From positions 47,568 to 111,567 of the IMG/VR virus record IMGVR_UViG_3300032047_000003: DNA of 64,000 bases; one strand, given 5' to 3'. The notes under the pieces are model-generated. The model was given only the letters and a program-made list of their open reading frames with translations, made no database searches and was not told where the DNA came from. Shown piece after piece: positions 1 to 11,300 of this stretch (the stretch's first letter is position 1; every line of letters starts with the position of its first letter). The stretch comes from a virus. Made by a program: the position numbers and the translations under genes.

Positions 1-394
1 AATAAACATTTTCCGAAATGTCTTCCACTATATCTCTTTCTAAATCTACATTTACACGTCCATTGGAAAGACCTTCTGTCAGATTAAAAGGGTTCAATTT
101 AGAGATAGGCCCTAATAATCTCCCTATACTAGGAATGTTCAAGCTATATCCTTTTTCATCGCTTCCTGGATTCAACTCAAAAGAAGTTTTTTTTGAAATA
201 TCTCCACTAAGTTTTCTATTCGTGCTAGAAACATACGGTTCACTTTCAGCCCAAATATCTCCTATTGTTTTTTCCAAAACATAAAGGTTGGCTCTTGTTT
301 GTATACTTATGCTATTGAACTTATTCGCACTTGGCTGTTCGCCGTCTACAAAGAAAGGAAAAATAGAAGAACCGCTTTTCTTTTTATCACTCAT
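1..394 (-). CDS. Partial virion/baseplate-associated protein, runs off the window start (MSDKKKSGSSIFPFFVDGEQPSANKFNSISIQ...)
   Basis: Not in the ORF track because it is truncated. ATG at 394 with GAGGT upstream, open to the window edge, and it continues the minus-strand operon. Confidence 0.75.
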   Translation of the reverse strand, partial: MSDKKKSGSSIFPFFVDGEQPSANKFNSISIQTRANLYVLEKTIGDIWAESEPYVSSTNRKLSGDISKKTSFELNPGSDEKGYSLNIPSIGRLLGPISKLNPFNLTEGLSNGRVNVDLERDIVEDISENVY

Positions 395-406
395 TTAAAA
401 TACCTC

Positions 407-2773
407 TTATTTAAAATTCAAACCCAAACTTAGTTTATTTTTAGTTAATGGGTTTATACTCAAAAAATTTAATCCACCTACGCCCGACGAAACATCATCC
501 GCTTGATCTATTATCCTAAAGCCATAAGGAACCGGTAACGATTCGTTGAAATCCACACCGTTAAGATACCTAGGAATATTTATTTTAGCCCTTACTCTAT
601 TAGAAACCACAGTGTTCCCAGTATATGGATCTTGACACCAAGCATACATAGTTACCATCCCGGGAGTAAGTATAACATAATCCCCAAGTTTTTCATCAGA
701 ATTATAAGGATCCGGTTCTTTTAATTTTTCTTCATATACCAAAACGTTATTGCTAATACTAGAAGGTCTAAGGGGGTAATAGGCTCCTTTGTCCCCTGTC
801 AGAGGGTGAGTTACGTCTTCATTCCATTTGAAAACAACTCTAGTTAAACCAATTTTAGAATTAGAGCTCCACTCTAAAGAATTTTTTCTAAAAGCATAAC
901 ACCTTGATCCCAAGTTACTTATAGTTCCATTGCTGTAGTTATTCTTTAAAAACACATACCAGTAATCTTTTTCTTCTAATATGTTACTAGTTTCTTCTTC
1001 AATCCAACCGGTCCCAGAAGAATTTTCTATAGACACCTTGGTATATTGATACAAATCGTCATAGTTTCTGTTTCCTGTTTTTTTAAATTTTAAATAAGTT
1101 CTGTTATCGAAAGAACCGTCTGGGTTTTGATACCGAATTGCTTTGCTTTCTATTTGAAGCAACTCGCCTCTTGTACCTGCATTATGATCGATCTTTAAAA
1201 CTTCATACAGCTGAACATCCTCTGCAGAGAGATTCAAAGGCAAGGGTTCTGTTTCAAATTCTGTATTGTTCGCGTTATATTTTGAAGAAATTATATCTTT
1301 TTTAATGTCTTCCCATTCGTAAGGAGCGTAATACCCTGCTTCAATTTCTCCATTGGAATTAGAAACATCTACTACTTGTTTTCCTCCATTCAAGAAACCT
1401 GGACCAGACTCTATTGCTATGTATATATCAATTCCTTCTACTCCTTCCATTTCACTGTCTAAAGCTTGAGCAACTGCTCTCGCAAATGAACTTCCATAAA
1501 AAAGACCTTCATAGTAGTTTACTCCAACTTCTTCAATCCCTTCAAGTCTTAAATCCAATTTGACAACATGAACATCTTTTGTGCTAATTTGAATTACACC
1601 AGAATTGTTTATATTCTCAGAAGGCTTTACGTTTAGCTTTTCATCATTTACTAAACTTTTGTTGCAAATTCTAGTTGAGTCCCTTCCGAATTCTAAATCA
1701 ATTCGAGGAATAGCGTTATACGATATATAAAATTTATAGCTTGAAGCTATGTTTTTGCTAAAACTTTTAAGGCCTAACGTCTTTCCCTCGTTTAGTGTAT
1801 CACCGCTATAAACGATATCCTCTAAAGAACTAGCGCCTTTAGAACCATAATAGAGGGTTTCTCCTTTTTTAGTTAAAATGAAACCAAAATTAGGATACGT
1901 TTTTAAATCTTCAAGATTTTTAATTCTTACTCTAGTGCTAAGGGTGCTTAAGGTTTCGTCTAGTATTAACTCAGGGTACACTTTAGACCCAACAGTAATT
2001 ACACCCAAGTCTTCATCTAGTTCAAAGTAGTACCCCTCTTCAGCTTCTAAAAACATGTTATTTGATTTTTCAAAAACAATCTTATTGTTTTCTGAAACGG
2101 CTACCACTCTTAAAGAGTTTTTTTCTAAAGGAAAGTATTCCGTGTATATCTTTCTTTCCGAATTGATACTGTACCCCTTGTCTTCCCAAGTTTTTTTGTA
2201 AAAAACCTCAGAGCCTACTGGCTTCTTATAGCTTTCATTAAACAAAACTTTAGGCCCCTCTATTTCGTAAACGTACTTTTTTTTACCTGTAGAAACTTTT
2301 TCTACAAATTTCTTAAAAGGGGTTTTTATTTTATTTTTATTTCTTCTCCATATCGCAACATTGATTTGATCAAAGTCTTCTTCGATCTCACAGAAGCCTC
2401 CGTCCGCTTTTAAACAATAAGAAAAATCTGAAAAAAGTTGAATTTTTTTATTGTAGATCCAATAGTCGCCTAACTCGTACTTCGGTATCCATTTTAAGCT
2501 ATCTTTTTCTTCATGTTGATATATCAAAGACAAAGGTATTTTTTCGTTAACGCCACTTTGCCAATCACTTGAAAGAACCCCATCCATTAAATAGGTTTTA
2601 TAATTTCCTAAAACTTCTGGATACATTTTGGATACTTGTGCACTGCTTCCAAAAAAAGATCTATCAAACTGCAACGAAGAGTTTTCTAGATCAAGATAGC
2701 TTCCATAGCTAAGTAGCTCTTGTATTTTATTTGTTACCGTACACTCTAAGTCCACTTCTACGCTTTTAAACAT
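407..2773 (-). CDS. Putative baseplate or tail-associated structural protein with a possible Ig-like (invasin/Big_1-like) segment
   Basis: 788 aa, downstream of the baseplate wedge genes. The segment AVAQALDSEMEGVEGIDIYIAIESGPG...SNSNGEIEAGY resembles an Ig-like repeat. Confidence 0.5.
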   Translation of the reverse strand: MFKSVEVDLECTVTNKIQELLSYGSYLDLENSSLQFDRSFFGSSAQVSKMYPEVLGNYKTYLMDGVLSSDWQSGVNEKIPLSLIYQHEEKDSLKWIPKYELGDYWIYNKKIQLFSDFSYCLKADGGFCEIEEDFDQINVAIWRRNKNKIKTPFKKFVEKVSTGKKKYVYEIEGPKVLFNESYKKPVGSEVFYKKTWEDKGYSINSERKIYTEYFPLEKNSLRVVAVSENNKIVFEKSNNMFLEAEEGYYFELDEDLGVITVGSKVYPELILDETLSTLSTRVRIKNLEDLKTYPNFGFILTKKGETLYYGSKGASSLEDIVYSGDTLNEGKTLGLKSFSKNIASSYKFYISYNAIPRIDLEFGRDSTRICNKSLVNDEKLNVKPSENINNSGVIQISTKDVHVVKLDLRLEGIEEVGVNYYEGLFYGSSFARAVAQALDSEMEGVEGIDIYIAIESGPGFLNGGKQVVDVSNSNGEIEAGYYAPYEWEDIKKDIISSKYNANNTEFETEPLPLNLSAEDVQLYEVLKIDHNAGTRGELLQIESKAIRYQNPDGSFDNRTYLKFKKTGNRNYDDLYQYTKVSIENSSGTGWIEEETSNILEEKDYWYVFLKNNYSNGTISNLGSRCYAFRKNSLEWSSNSKIGLTRVVFKWNEDVTHPLTGDKGAYYPLRPSSISNNVLVYEEKLKEPDPYNSDEKLGDYVILTPGMVTMYAWCQDPYTGNTVVSNRVRAKINIPRYLNGVDFNESLPVPYGFRIIDQADDVSSGVGGLNFLSINPLTKNKLSLGLNFK

Positions 2774-2776
2774 ATT

Positions 2777-3643
2777 CTATACATCCCAATGGTTAGAAAA
2801 ACTTTTAAAAAGTTCATTGTAGAATTCAATGCCTTTTTCGTTTAATTCTATTCTTTTTTGTTTTTCATTTTCTACTATATTGTTTTTTATCAAACTGTTA
2901 AAAGACTCATCTTTGCAACTTGAAATTTTAATATTTTGTTTTTTCAAAAAAAATGGAAAATCAGCATACCCTACAGAAAGGCTAGCGGTCGTTTTGTCAA
3001 AAAACAATAATTCTCCATTGAGCCTATTAAAGCAATAGTCTCCTTCCTCTACAACTTCTTCAAAAGTGTCAACCTTGTTATATGCTCTTTCGTTTAAATT
3101 CAAATCAAAATACATAATGTTTTCTATACCTGTATCGACTTTCTTTTTTTCTACAAAAGCAACATCTTTGTATTTTAAATTAGTTTCACATTTCAATTTA
3201 TATGCGCTATCGTATTCATTGATGTTGGCGCCGTAAACTTCAATACAATCGAAAACTCCAGTAGAATTTATGTATTGTTTTATTTCAGAAAAATCCAAAC
3301 TATCTCTATACTTAAACTTAAGCTCTTCTTCTTTGAAAACGTCTTTTACAATTATAAGATCACAAGCATCAATCCTTATACAGCTGTAAGGATATAATTC
3401 TTCCCCGTTGGCGTCCTTTGCTTTTTTAATCTCTAGCATGGGTGCTTCGGTCAAACCCAAACTATTGTTCAAAAAAGAACCTATGTCCTCTATCTTTGCA
3501 GACATTCCAGACCTGCATTGGTGCATTATTCTTTCTTGAAAAGACGCTGTGTCTTCTCCTCTTAGCCTTGTTAAAGAGTATTTAGATCCAATCTCATCAA
3601 TTTCGTTAAAAAAATTAATCTTTCTAGTTTTATATTCAGACAT
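2777..3643 (-). CDS. Putative baseplate protein
   Basis: 288 aa. The N-terminal IDEIGSKYSLTRLRGEDTASFQERI resembles the LDxxG...RxxGExDxxYRxRI pattern of wedge proteins; position in the baseplate cluster. Confidence 0.5.
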   Translation of the reverse strand: MSEYKTRKINFFNEIDEIGSKYSLTRLRGEDTASFQERIMHQCRSGMSAKIEDIGSFLNNSLGLTEAPMLEIKKAKDANGEELYPYSCIRIDACDLIIVKDVFKEEELKFKYRDSLDFSEIKQYINSTGVFDCIEVYGANINEYDSAYKLKCETNLKYKDVAFVEKKKVDTGIENIMYFDLNLNERAYNKVDTFEEVVEEGDYCFNRLNGELLFFDKTTASLSVGYADFPFFLKKQNIKISSCKDESFNSLIKNNIVENEKQKRIELNEKGIEFYNELFKSFSNHWDV

Positions 3644-5580
3644 TATGTAATCCTTGGCAAAGAATCGATATCAACTGCATCGATTTCTAACTTTAAATGC
3701 TTGTCGTTTTCACAATAAACAAAAAGCTTTTCTTTTAAATTGAAAAATAATTCTATTTTTTCATAATTCGAATTATCGCAAGCCGCAATGTAATCTAAAA
3801 CGGTTTTCTTTTCTCCATCTATGTAGTATTCCAAATTAATCTTTGAATTAACAGCAAGATCTCTTTCTGCTTCTTTTGACACAAATAACTTGTCTTTATT
3901 TTTGCTCTTCTCTACTTGTAACAAACAATGCCGCTCATTAATTTTCAAATTGATCTTGTCGGTTGCCTTACCGTTCGCATAAAAAGTATACGTATTGCTT
4001 TCTTTTTTGGAAACCAAATGAAAAGGCATTATAACCTCTACATCTGTTCTATCCCTTGTGACTAATTCTTCAAGCAACGGAGAGTAAGAAAAAGTATCAT
4101 GAAACTGATCGTATACCATATAAGAATTAGCTAAAGACAAGCAAAGAGCTTTGTCTTTATTAAAGAAGATCCCATCAAATTTTTCTGAATTCTCAAAAGA
4201 ATAACTTTTTTTAGGTTTCATATACTCGCAAAAAACAGTTGTTGCTATTACTTGAACTGGAAACTCTTCGTACTCTGCTTCTAAGTAAAACTCCCACTCT
4301 CCGTATTCATCAAAATAATTTTCAAAATCAAAAGAATAGGTGTCTGAATTTTTCCAAATATCTGTATTTAAAGATTGAGTTGTTTTAGAACTCGTCCAGG
4401 AGCCTTGGTCGTACCACTCAGTAACTCCTGAAGGTGATATTCTTTTAATTGAAAAACTTTTCACTTTTGCTCTTCTGTTTAAAAAAATCGCTCCAATGTC
4501 GTGTTCTTCTAAATATCCGCACCGATTAATCTCCCTGTAAAAGGACAGAAAAGAATTTCTATTATATGGCTCTGAAGGCCCTTTCATGTCGTGTAAATCG
4601 ATTTCGTATACATGGATATTATTTTCGTCAGACAAACAGTACAAATCGTAGTTCTGCTTATTGATTGCAAAATCAATAATTTTAATCTCTTTCAAATTCT
4701 CATCTAAAAAAAGACAATCTACGATATGTTCAGTCTTTTCAGAAGAACTCAATGTCTTGTCAAAAATATCTATTAGCTGTATTGCCTTTTCAAATTTTAA
4801 AAAACAGTATCCAGAATCTTCTTCTAAACTTAATTTTAAATTTGTCAAATCTATCCCAGAGCTTGTAAATTTATCAAGAACAACTTCTTTCTTATAATTA
4901 GGGCTCTTTCTGCTCGTTAAATAGATCTTTATGTCTCCTTCAAAACCATCAAAATCAATTTCTTCTAATCTTTTAAATCTCAAAGACGTAACAACTGGCT
5001 CTCTATTAAAAACAACTAAACTTTCTTCAATCTTATTAAAAAACTTATCCCTTCCTTTAATTACAAGCCCATACTCATTGTGGTGGCTAAGTCTTTTGAT
5101 TACTGATTCTTCATCTTGAAACTGAGATACAAAGCTGCTTATTCCTGAAAAATCAACCATTAAATTTTCGTCTTCATAAATGTCATTATAAAAATCGCTA
5201 GAGCTTTCCCAAATTAACCAATCGTTTACTTTGATTTCTTTTTTCAAAATCCAAGCTTCTGGATTTCTATTTAAAAAATCTTTAAAAGAAGGAATGTATT
5301 TTAACCTTTTTGAATCTTTGAAAACTGCAGGCTCTAAAAAATATCCGAATTCATTTGAACTAAAATCTTTATAAGATAAGTTTATTTTATTCAAAAAACT
5401 TACCTGCTTAACTGGATTGGAAAACTTTTTATAATTTCTAAATACTCTGTTTTCGTAATAGCTGTTTTCTAAAAAACCAGCTACACTATTATAGAGTTTA
5501 AATCCGTTTGACCCTTCTTCGTAATTAAACTTAAAGCTTTCCGGAAAATAAGAAACCATAAGATTGGTATAAAGACTCAT
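3643..5580 (-). CDS. Hypothetical baseplate-region protein
   Basis: 645 aa ORF overlapping the baseplate J-like gene by 1 nt. Function inferred from position only. Confidence 0.45.
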   Translation of the reverse strand: MSLYTNLMVSYFPESFKFNYEEGSNGFKLYNSVAGFLENSYYENRVFRNYKKFSNPVKQVSFLNKINLSYKDFSSNEFGYFLEPAVFKDSKRLKYIPSFKDFLNRNPEAWILKKEIKVNDWLIWESSSDFYNDIYEDENLMVDFSGISSFVSQFQDEESVIKRLSHHNEYGLVIKGRDKFFNKIEESLVVFNREPVVTSLRFKRLEEIDFDGFEGDIKIYLTSRKSPNYKKEVVLDKFTSSGIDLTNLKLSLEEDSGYCFLKFEKAIQLIDIFDKTLSSSEKTEHIVDCLFLDENLKEIKIIDFAINKQNYDLYCLSDENNIHVYEIDLHDMKGPSEPYNRNSFLSFYREINRCGYLEEHDIGAIFLNRRAKVKSFSIKRISPSGVTEWYDQGSWTSSKTTQSLNTDIWKNSDTYSFDFENYFDEYGEWEFYLEAEYEEFPVQVIATTVFCEYMKPKKSYSFENSEKFDGIFFNKDKALCLSLANSYMVYDQFHDTFSYSPLLEELVTRDRTDVEVIMPFHLVSKKESNTYTFYANGKATDKINLKINERHCLLQVEKSKNKDKLFVSKEAERDLAVNSKINLEYYIDGEKKTVLDYIAACDNSNYEKIELFFNLKEKLFVYCENDKHLKLEIDAVDIDSLPRIT

Positions 5581-6809
5581 TATATTCTCTCAACTTTTAT
5601 ATTTAAATCCCCTAAAGTGAAAAATTCATTCGGTTCCAACTCATAAACAAATTGAATCAATTTTAATCTTTCGCTTGTAGAAAGGTGAGCTCCGCCATAC
5701 CCTTTTCTTACATAAGCGGCTTCAATCATTTTAGACCTGTTAGTCCGATTTGAAATTCCAGAAAGTCTTGTAACTTTCTCTGAAACTTCATTGATCAGCG
5801 ATATCAAGCTTATATTATTTTCTTCAATTTGAGATATTATAAAATTTGAAGCAGCGCTATACACTTCATTTTTTATGTCTATTTCTTCTTCTAGCCCTAC
5901 AGAGCTACTTACCCAAATAGTAATATCTAAATCCAAATAAACCCTTACTCCAGGCATGGCTACAATATTAGAGTAAACGCCAAGAGAACTGTTCAATTGA
6001 TTTTGATACCTATTTACAGTAGATTGATTTATCTCCTTATTGCCTCCAAAAAGAAAAATTGCAGACTTTCCATAACCAAACCAATTCTTTACAAACCTTT
6101 GCGCAAATATTCCCGGTATTTCAAGAGCTTTAACTCTCACTGAATTCTCAGTAATTGCAAAATCCGAACTATATTTATTATATATTCTATAACGATAATT
6201 TTCGTCTCCCTCAAGATCTCTTCCATTAGTTATAGGAATTCTATTCGAACAATACAAGCTATTAGGAGTGCCGCTGTACTTGTTACAAGCATGCTCGGTC
6301 AACACGCTAGAGCTTACATTTGAGGCTTCTCCTGTAGATATTGCTTCAATCCCAACGTACATAAAAGAGGAATTTGCATTCAATATGGCTTTTTCTTTTG
6401 TTCTGTACTTTAGTAAATTTCCATTAGCGCCCGCTGCTCTTATTTCTGTTCCTTGATTTACAACAATATCGTTTCCAGAATTAATATCACCAAAACTCTG
6501 GCCTACTGTATAAAAGTAAAAATTATAATCAGAAGAATCTGTTTCCGCTCGGGTGATTCCTAAACGATCCATCCCATAAGTTCTTCCTATTTCGTCAAGA
6601 TCTGAACCTTTTGCGCTTGATATACTAATAGAGTCTAGTACTGCTAAAGTCTGATTATTTACTCTAGCGAGCTCAGCTCCTATAGGCTCAATAATACTTC
6701 TTATTACTGAATCGGAATTCCAATTATTAATACCAGTTTTGCTCTGAATGCTTTCTTTCATTTTATTATAAATATTCGAATAGCTATTTAAATTAAATTT
6801 TGTTGCCAT
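5580..6809 (-). CDS. Baseplate wedge protein, baseplate J / T4 gp6-like
   Basis: Motifs SAKGSDLDEIG...GMDR, AISTGEASNV and NGRDLEGDENYRYRI are typical of the Baseplate_J family. Confidence 0.85.
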   Translation of the reverse strand: MATKFNLNSYSNIYNKMKESIQSKTGINNWNSDSVIRSIIEPIGAELARVNNQTLAVLDSISISSAKGSDLDEIGRTYGMDRLGITRAETDSSDYNFYFYTVGQSFGDINSGNDIVVNQGTEIRAAGANGNLLKYRTKEKAILNANSSFMYVGIEAISTGEASNVSSSVLTEHACNKYSGTPNSLYCSNRIPITNGRDLEGDENYRYRIYNKYSSDFAITENSVRVKALEIPGIFAQRFVKNWFGYGKSAIFLFGGNKEINQSTVNRYQNQLNSSLGVYSNIVAMPGVRVYLDLDITIWVSSSVGLEEEIDIKNEVYSAASNFIISQIEENNISLISLINEVSEKVTRLSGISNRTNRSKMIEAAYVRKGYGGAHLSTSERLKLIQFVYELEPNEFFTLGDLNIKVERI

Positions 6810-6811
6810 TT

Positions 6812-7417
6812 TTAACTCCTGGGTAAATATTCTGCATAATCTATATTAGAAACACTAAGCAAATTAGAAGAAGTATTATAATTCATAGTGATTATAATTA
6901 CTCTGTCTTTTATTTTAGCTTTAAAAAACATCCTTTCCTTAGGATCTGTAAATCCACTCAAAAGCCAATTTAAACTCGCTTTTGCAATTACCGAAACATT
7001 GACTGTGCTTTCAGTATACCTTGTAACTATAACACGAACATCCAAACCGTTAAGCGCGTCATCTGAAAATAATGCACTTTCTACGCTTGTTTTTATTGCA
7101 TCCATTGCAGAATTACTCAATTCTGCACCATGGAATTCTACCAGATTTGAAGCCGGTCTAAAAAAAGATGCAGCTGCTTCTCTGCTTAAGGTCAAAAGTC
7201 CTTCTTTTAAATTTTCGGTAATGCTGTTTCCCCATTCTACTTCCGATAAAGTCAATCTGTCAAAAATGCACTTTGCGACTATATCCATTGGATCTACTGT
7301 ATGTGAAATATCAATATGGCCCAAGATTGGAGTTTGATTATAACCTGAATCTTGTGAAAAAATTAAATCTCCATCAGCACCCATTTTTAAATCTCTAGTG
7401 TTCCCTTCAAGTCTCAT
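6812..7417 (-). CDS. Putative baseplate wedge / sheath initiator (gp25/gpW-like)
   Basis: DLKMGADGDL N-terminus, IKTSVESAL segment, and position directly upstream of the J-like gene. Confidence 0.55.
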   Translation of the reverse strand: MRLEGNTRDLKMGADGDLIFSQDSGYNQTPILGHIDISHTVDPMDIVAKCIFDRLTLSEVEWGNSITENLKEGLLTLSREAAASFFRPASNLVEFHGAELSNSAMDAIKTSVESALFSDDALNGLDVRVIVTRYTESTVNVSVIAKASLNWLLSGFTDPKERMFFKAKIKDRVIIITMNYNTSSNLLSVSNIDYAEYLPRS

Positions 7418-7767
7418 TTTAAATTACTCCTCAAGATATAAGCAACTCCAGCAACAGAAATTGCAACTTTTGCAATACCGGTCATATCTGGTATTGCGCC
7501 TGGTGCTCCTGGAAACATTTTTGCTAAAACATTTGTTTCTTTTATTAAGCCCAAAAAGCTTTTATCTGGTCCGGCATAGCTTTTTTTTAATCCAGGTTTT
7601 AGAACTTCTGAAGACCCTCCTTCTGTTGGAATTCCAGAAGCAGGAGATATAAAAGATTTACTTCCCGCGCTTCCATTTCCAAAAGTTATGCTGGAATTGC
7701 CTTCAGGCGTAAAATTATAATTTAAAAAACTGTTGCCTCTACGACCTTGTGTAAAAGAATTTCTCAT
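7414..7767 (-). CDS. Hypothetical small protein with a hydrophobic C-terminus
   Basis: 117 aa, GAGGT RBS, C-terminal IAKVAISVAGVAYIL. Confidence 0.55.
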   Translation of the reverse strand: MRNSFTQGRRGNSFLNYNFTPEGNSSITFGNGSAGSKSFISPASGIPTEGGSSEVLKPGLKKSYAGPDKSFLGLIKETNVLAKMFPGAPGAIPDMTGIAKVAISVAGVAYILRSNLK

Positions 7768-7780
7768 ATTTACCTCTTAA

Positions 7781-8347
7781 TTAAGAATATAGCTTGCCCA
7801 TTAAAAAACTATTAGCACCGTCAATTATACCAGAAAAACCTCCCGAAAAAAAGCCCATACTTTCTTCCAGTGGGTTTTCTTCCGTTTTGTATATTTGCGA
7901 ATTCACATTCACTTGAGGTTCTTCGACTTCAATTTTATTTCTTGCCACTCTTTCCCCTTTGACATCTCCAATATCCAGAACCCCCCTAAGGCCTTCTTTG
8001 ATATCTTTGGGCAAAAAATCACCTCTATATTTACAAGTTAAATTTAACCCAAGGTAGTTTTCTTCGCAATAGCCTATTTTTTCATAAGCTTCTTCTTTGG
8101 TAATATTTGGAGTTACCATTTCTATTCTTTTTTCATCTTCAAAAAAAACTCTAAACTTTAAAAAATCCCTCGCTTTGTCATGAGAACTTCCTAAAAACCC
8201 CTCGTCTGGCGAAGAAACCCCAATCACTTTTCCTCTGTAAGTTTTAACCTCTTCCCTATTCCTTCGACTTAAATCTTCTTTGCTGATTTGATTTACTTGT
8301 AGAGCGTGTCTACTGGTAGAAATTGGACTTATCATTTTATAACTCAT
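7781..8347 (-). CDS. Hypothetical protein, possibly a spike/gpV OB-fold-like baseplate protein
   Basis: 188 aa after the hub gene. YRGKVIGVS...LKFRVFF loosely resembles the gp5/gpV OB-fold start; weak. Confidence 0.35.
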   Translation of the reverse strand: MSYKMISPISTSRHALQVNQISKEDLSRRNREEVKTYRGKVIGVSSPDEGFLGSSHDKARDFLKFRVFFEDEKRIEMVTPNITKEEAYEKIGYCEENYLGLNLTCKYRGDFLPKDIKEGLRGVLDIGDVKGERVARNKIEVEEPQVNVNSQIYKTEENPLEESMGFFSGGFSGIIDGANSFLMGKLYS

Positions 8348-8348
8348 A

Positions 8349-11300
8349 TTAATTACCTTTTATATATTGCAACAACTGTCCCGAATCTTTTAGATATTTC
8401 AATCCAGGATCGTTTGCTCTTTCTGGGTTTCTGGAAACTATATGTTTATAAAACTCAGTACCCATTGCTTCGTTTTCGTCAATCGTATCAAAAACGCCTC
8501 TAAATGCATCATCTATTCCTGACACAATATCTCCTAAAATATTTTGCCATACTGAAGTTGGAGACCTAGTACTTACCCCCGCAAATAAAGGCTTCCCTTC
8601 TTTTACAATGGGAACAATAGTAACTGCTTCACTTTCCAACAATTTAGAAAAAATTATTGGAGCTGCAATAAGGTAACTGGAGCTAAACCTATCTAAAACT
8701 TGACTCGAGTTGTAATAATACTGATTGTCAACACCTGCCATATACACTCCTCCTGAACCCCCAACCCCAGCTGCTTTTAAAAGCCCACCCGCATTAAGTT
8801 TCCACTTCCCCAGAAGCAGCAAAGATAAACCCGCACCTGTAAGGCCTATAGCCTTAGTCGCGAATTGACCAGCTGTACCTGTCGTAGGATTCAATGCATC
8901 GGCTGCAAAAAAAGCAGAAACTCCAAGGTCAAATAAACTTTCAACTGTAGAAACAGCTTGATCTTGAAAATCGCTAAAATCTGAATTCAAAGAAGGGTTC
9001 TGGTTTCCTAAATCCTTAAAAAGCTTTTCGAGATTAACAGTTGCTTTAACATTATTTTCCGTATTAGTTGTCTCTCCAAAAATATTTTTATCTATATCGA
9101 CAACTTCTTTATACTCAATAATTCCATTTCGCACTAAATCGCTATAGCGTTCTATCATCGAACTAGAAGCTTCATAAGACAAATTAAAACCATCTATATT
9201 CAAAGATACGTCTGGTGATTCTGGAATTATTCCTAATCTTTGCCCAAGAGTACCATACCCTATCTCTCCCAATTCTCGCGAAGTACTTTCATTCATTCTT
9301 TTTATTGCAGTGTCTAACTCTTCTTTATCCTTACTGGTTGTAAGAATTGCTGGCAGGTTTTTATCTCCACCATATTGCTCATTTACTGAGCTCGCATCTG
9401 AACTAGAGCCTCTGTCTATAACACTTCTTTCCCTTGCTATGGCTCCTCCTACATATACTTTTAAAGCTTCTAGTACTGGCCAACTTGAAGATTCATTTCC
9501 AACAACAATCGCGTTCGGAACTATTTCCGTTATATATCCTGTTTCAAAAGAAAATATATGGGTTACTGATTTTACTTCAACTGGCCCGGACATTTTACTT
9601 TGATCGTCAAATAAAAAACAAACATCCCATGGTTTTACAGAAGGGTCTCCTAATATGGATATCTCTCCAGAATACATTTCTTTAACTCCATATATTAAAC
9701 TTCCAATACCGTATCTTGTAGCCATGGCTCTATCTCTTATATCGTATTTGTCTACGTTTTGACTAATTAAATTGCTGTCAGGTATATTGGAACTTGCTTT
9801 CATAAAGACACTTTTTTTATTGTTCGCATCATGCATATCTTTGTAATATACGTTCACGGAATTAACTGCATTCCTTTGAGAAACTGTGAAGTTGTTTCTA
9901 ATCAAATTTTCCCTAGATCTAATTAGGTGATAATTTCTAAACGGAACAAAACGATTTTCTAACCCTGTTAAATACTCTTTTAAAAGTCTTCCTCTTAGTT
10001 CAATTGTATTTCTGTTTAATTCTAGATCGTCCTTACTAATCGTCTGACCCTCAACATACCTTTCATCGACATTATTTTCGTCAGCAAGAAAATTTTCGAT
10101 TTTAGAACCAAAAGTAGAAAACCTGTGATCCGCTCTATTATTTATAAACTCAATTAGTTTTTTTCTATCATTAATGTCAGAAAACGTTTCGTCTGCACGA
10201 ATATCCGTTTCTATCGATCTTGCTTTATCTTTAAGCTTCAGGCGAGCTTCCCCTTTAGCAGCCATTCGCTCAAACTTTCTTTTTAGCTCTCTTTGACTCA
10301 TCCCAGAATAACGTTTTGGTTTCTTCAACATCTCCTCCATCAAAAATAGTAAATTACTTCCGGTCTCATCCCAGGAATTGGTTTCATAATAATTCTGTCT
10401 ATCCTTAAGGTCTGCTTCAGTCACTATTGCGTCTGGATTGTAAACTCCAATTGCTATATTCCAAGTATCTGTAAATTTCCTTTTTGACATAGCGGCATGA
10501 TACTCGGCTCTGTTGTACGTAGTTTTTACTTGATTTGCAACAGCAAGTAAATTTCTTGCTTTTCCCTTGAATTTAGACATAAGATTTTTTCGAGCTTTTT
10601 TCTTAAATTCCTCGTATTCTGCATCAGATATCTTTTTGGTTTTGTAATCTTCGTTGTACCCTTGCTTGAAAAATCGTTTCAAATCATCTTCATCATCAAC
10701 ATTTGCTGTTAGCAGCTCTCTTACTGAATTCATTCTTTGAATAAAACCAGGAGTGGCCGGCTTGCTCCAGTATCTTTGAGATGGGATTCCAAAAAACATA
10801 GTATACCTAAACTCCTTTCCATAAGGAACTGCGCTGTAAATCCAACCAGGATGCCTTAGCGTCATTTCGTGAAAAACATCCCATATAGTGCTATTCTGAA
10901 GTTTATACCTACAAGCGTCAGGATGAACTCTTTTTAAATACAAAAGTGGGTTTACGTTTTGCCAGTCCTTTAAAAACTCCATTGCGCTTTTACCTTCAGC
11001 TCCAGAAAAATCCGAAAAAGCCATTTGGAACAACATTCCTACTTTTTCGCTAACAGTCTTTTCTATATGCGTAAGATTGTGCATGTAGTAAATTGGACTA
11101 GGAGGATACAAGTTGTCATCTGAAGGATTTAATTTAAAATAAACCAGTTCTTTGGTAAACCAATTTTGATAAAGCCTTCGATATTCTTTATGAGTATCTG
11201 TAAAACTCTTTCCAAAAATACCCCCTCCAATATAATCTACTGCAAAAAAGAAAAGAGAAGTTTTAAAAAATATTGCCGTAGAGTTAAAAGTTGCACTTAG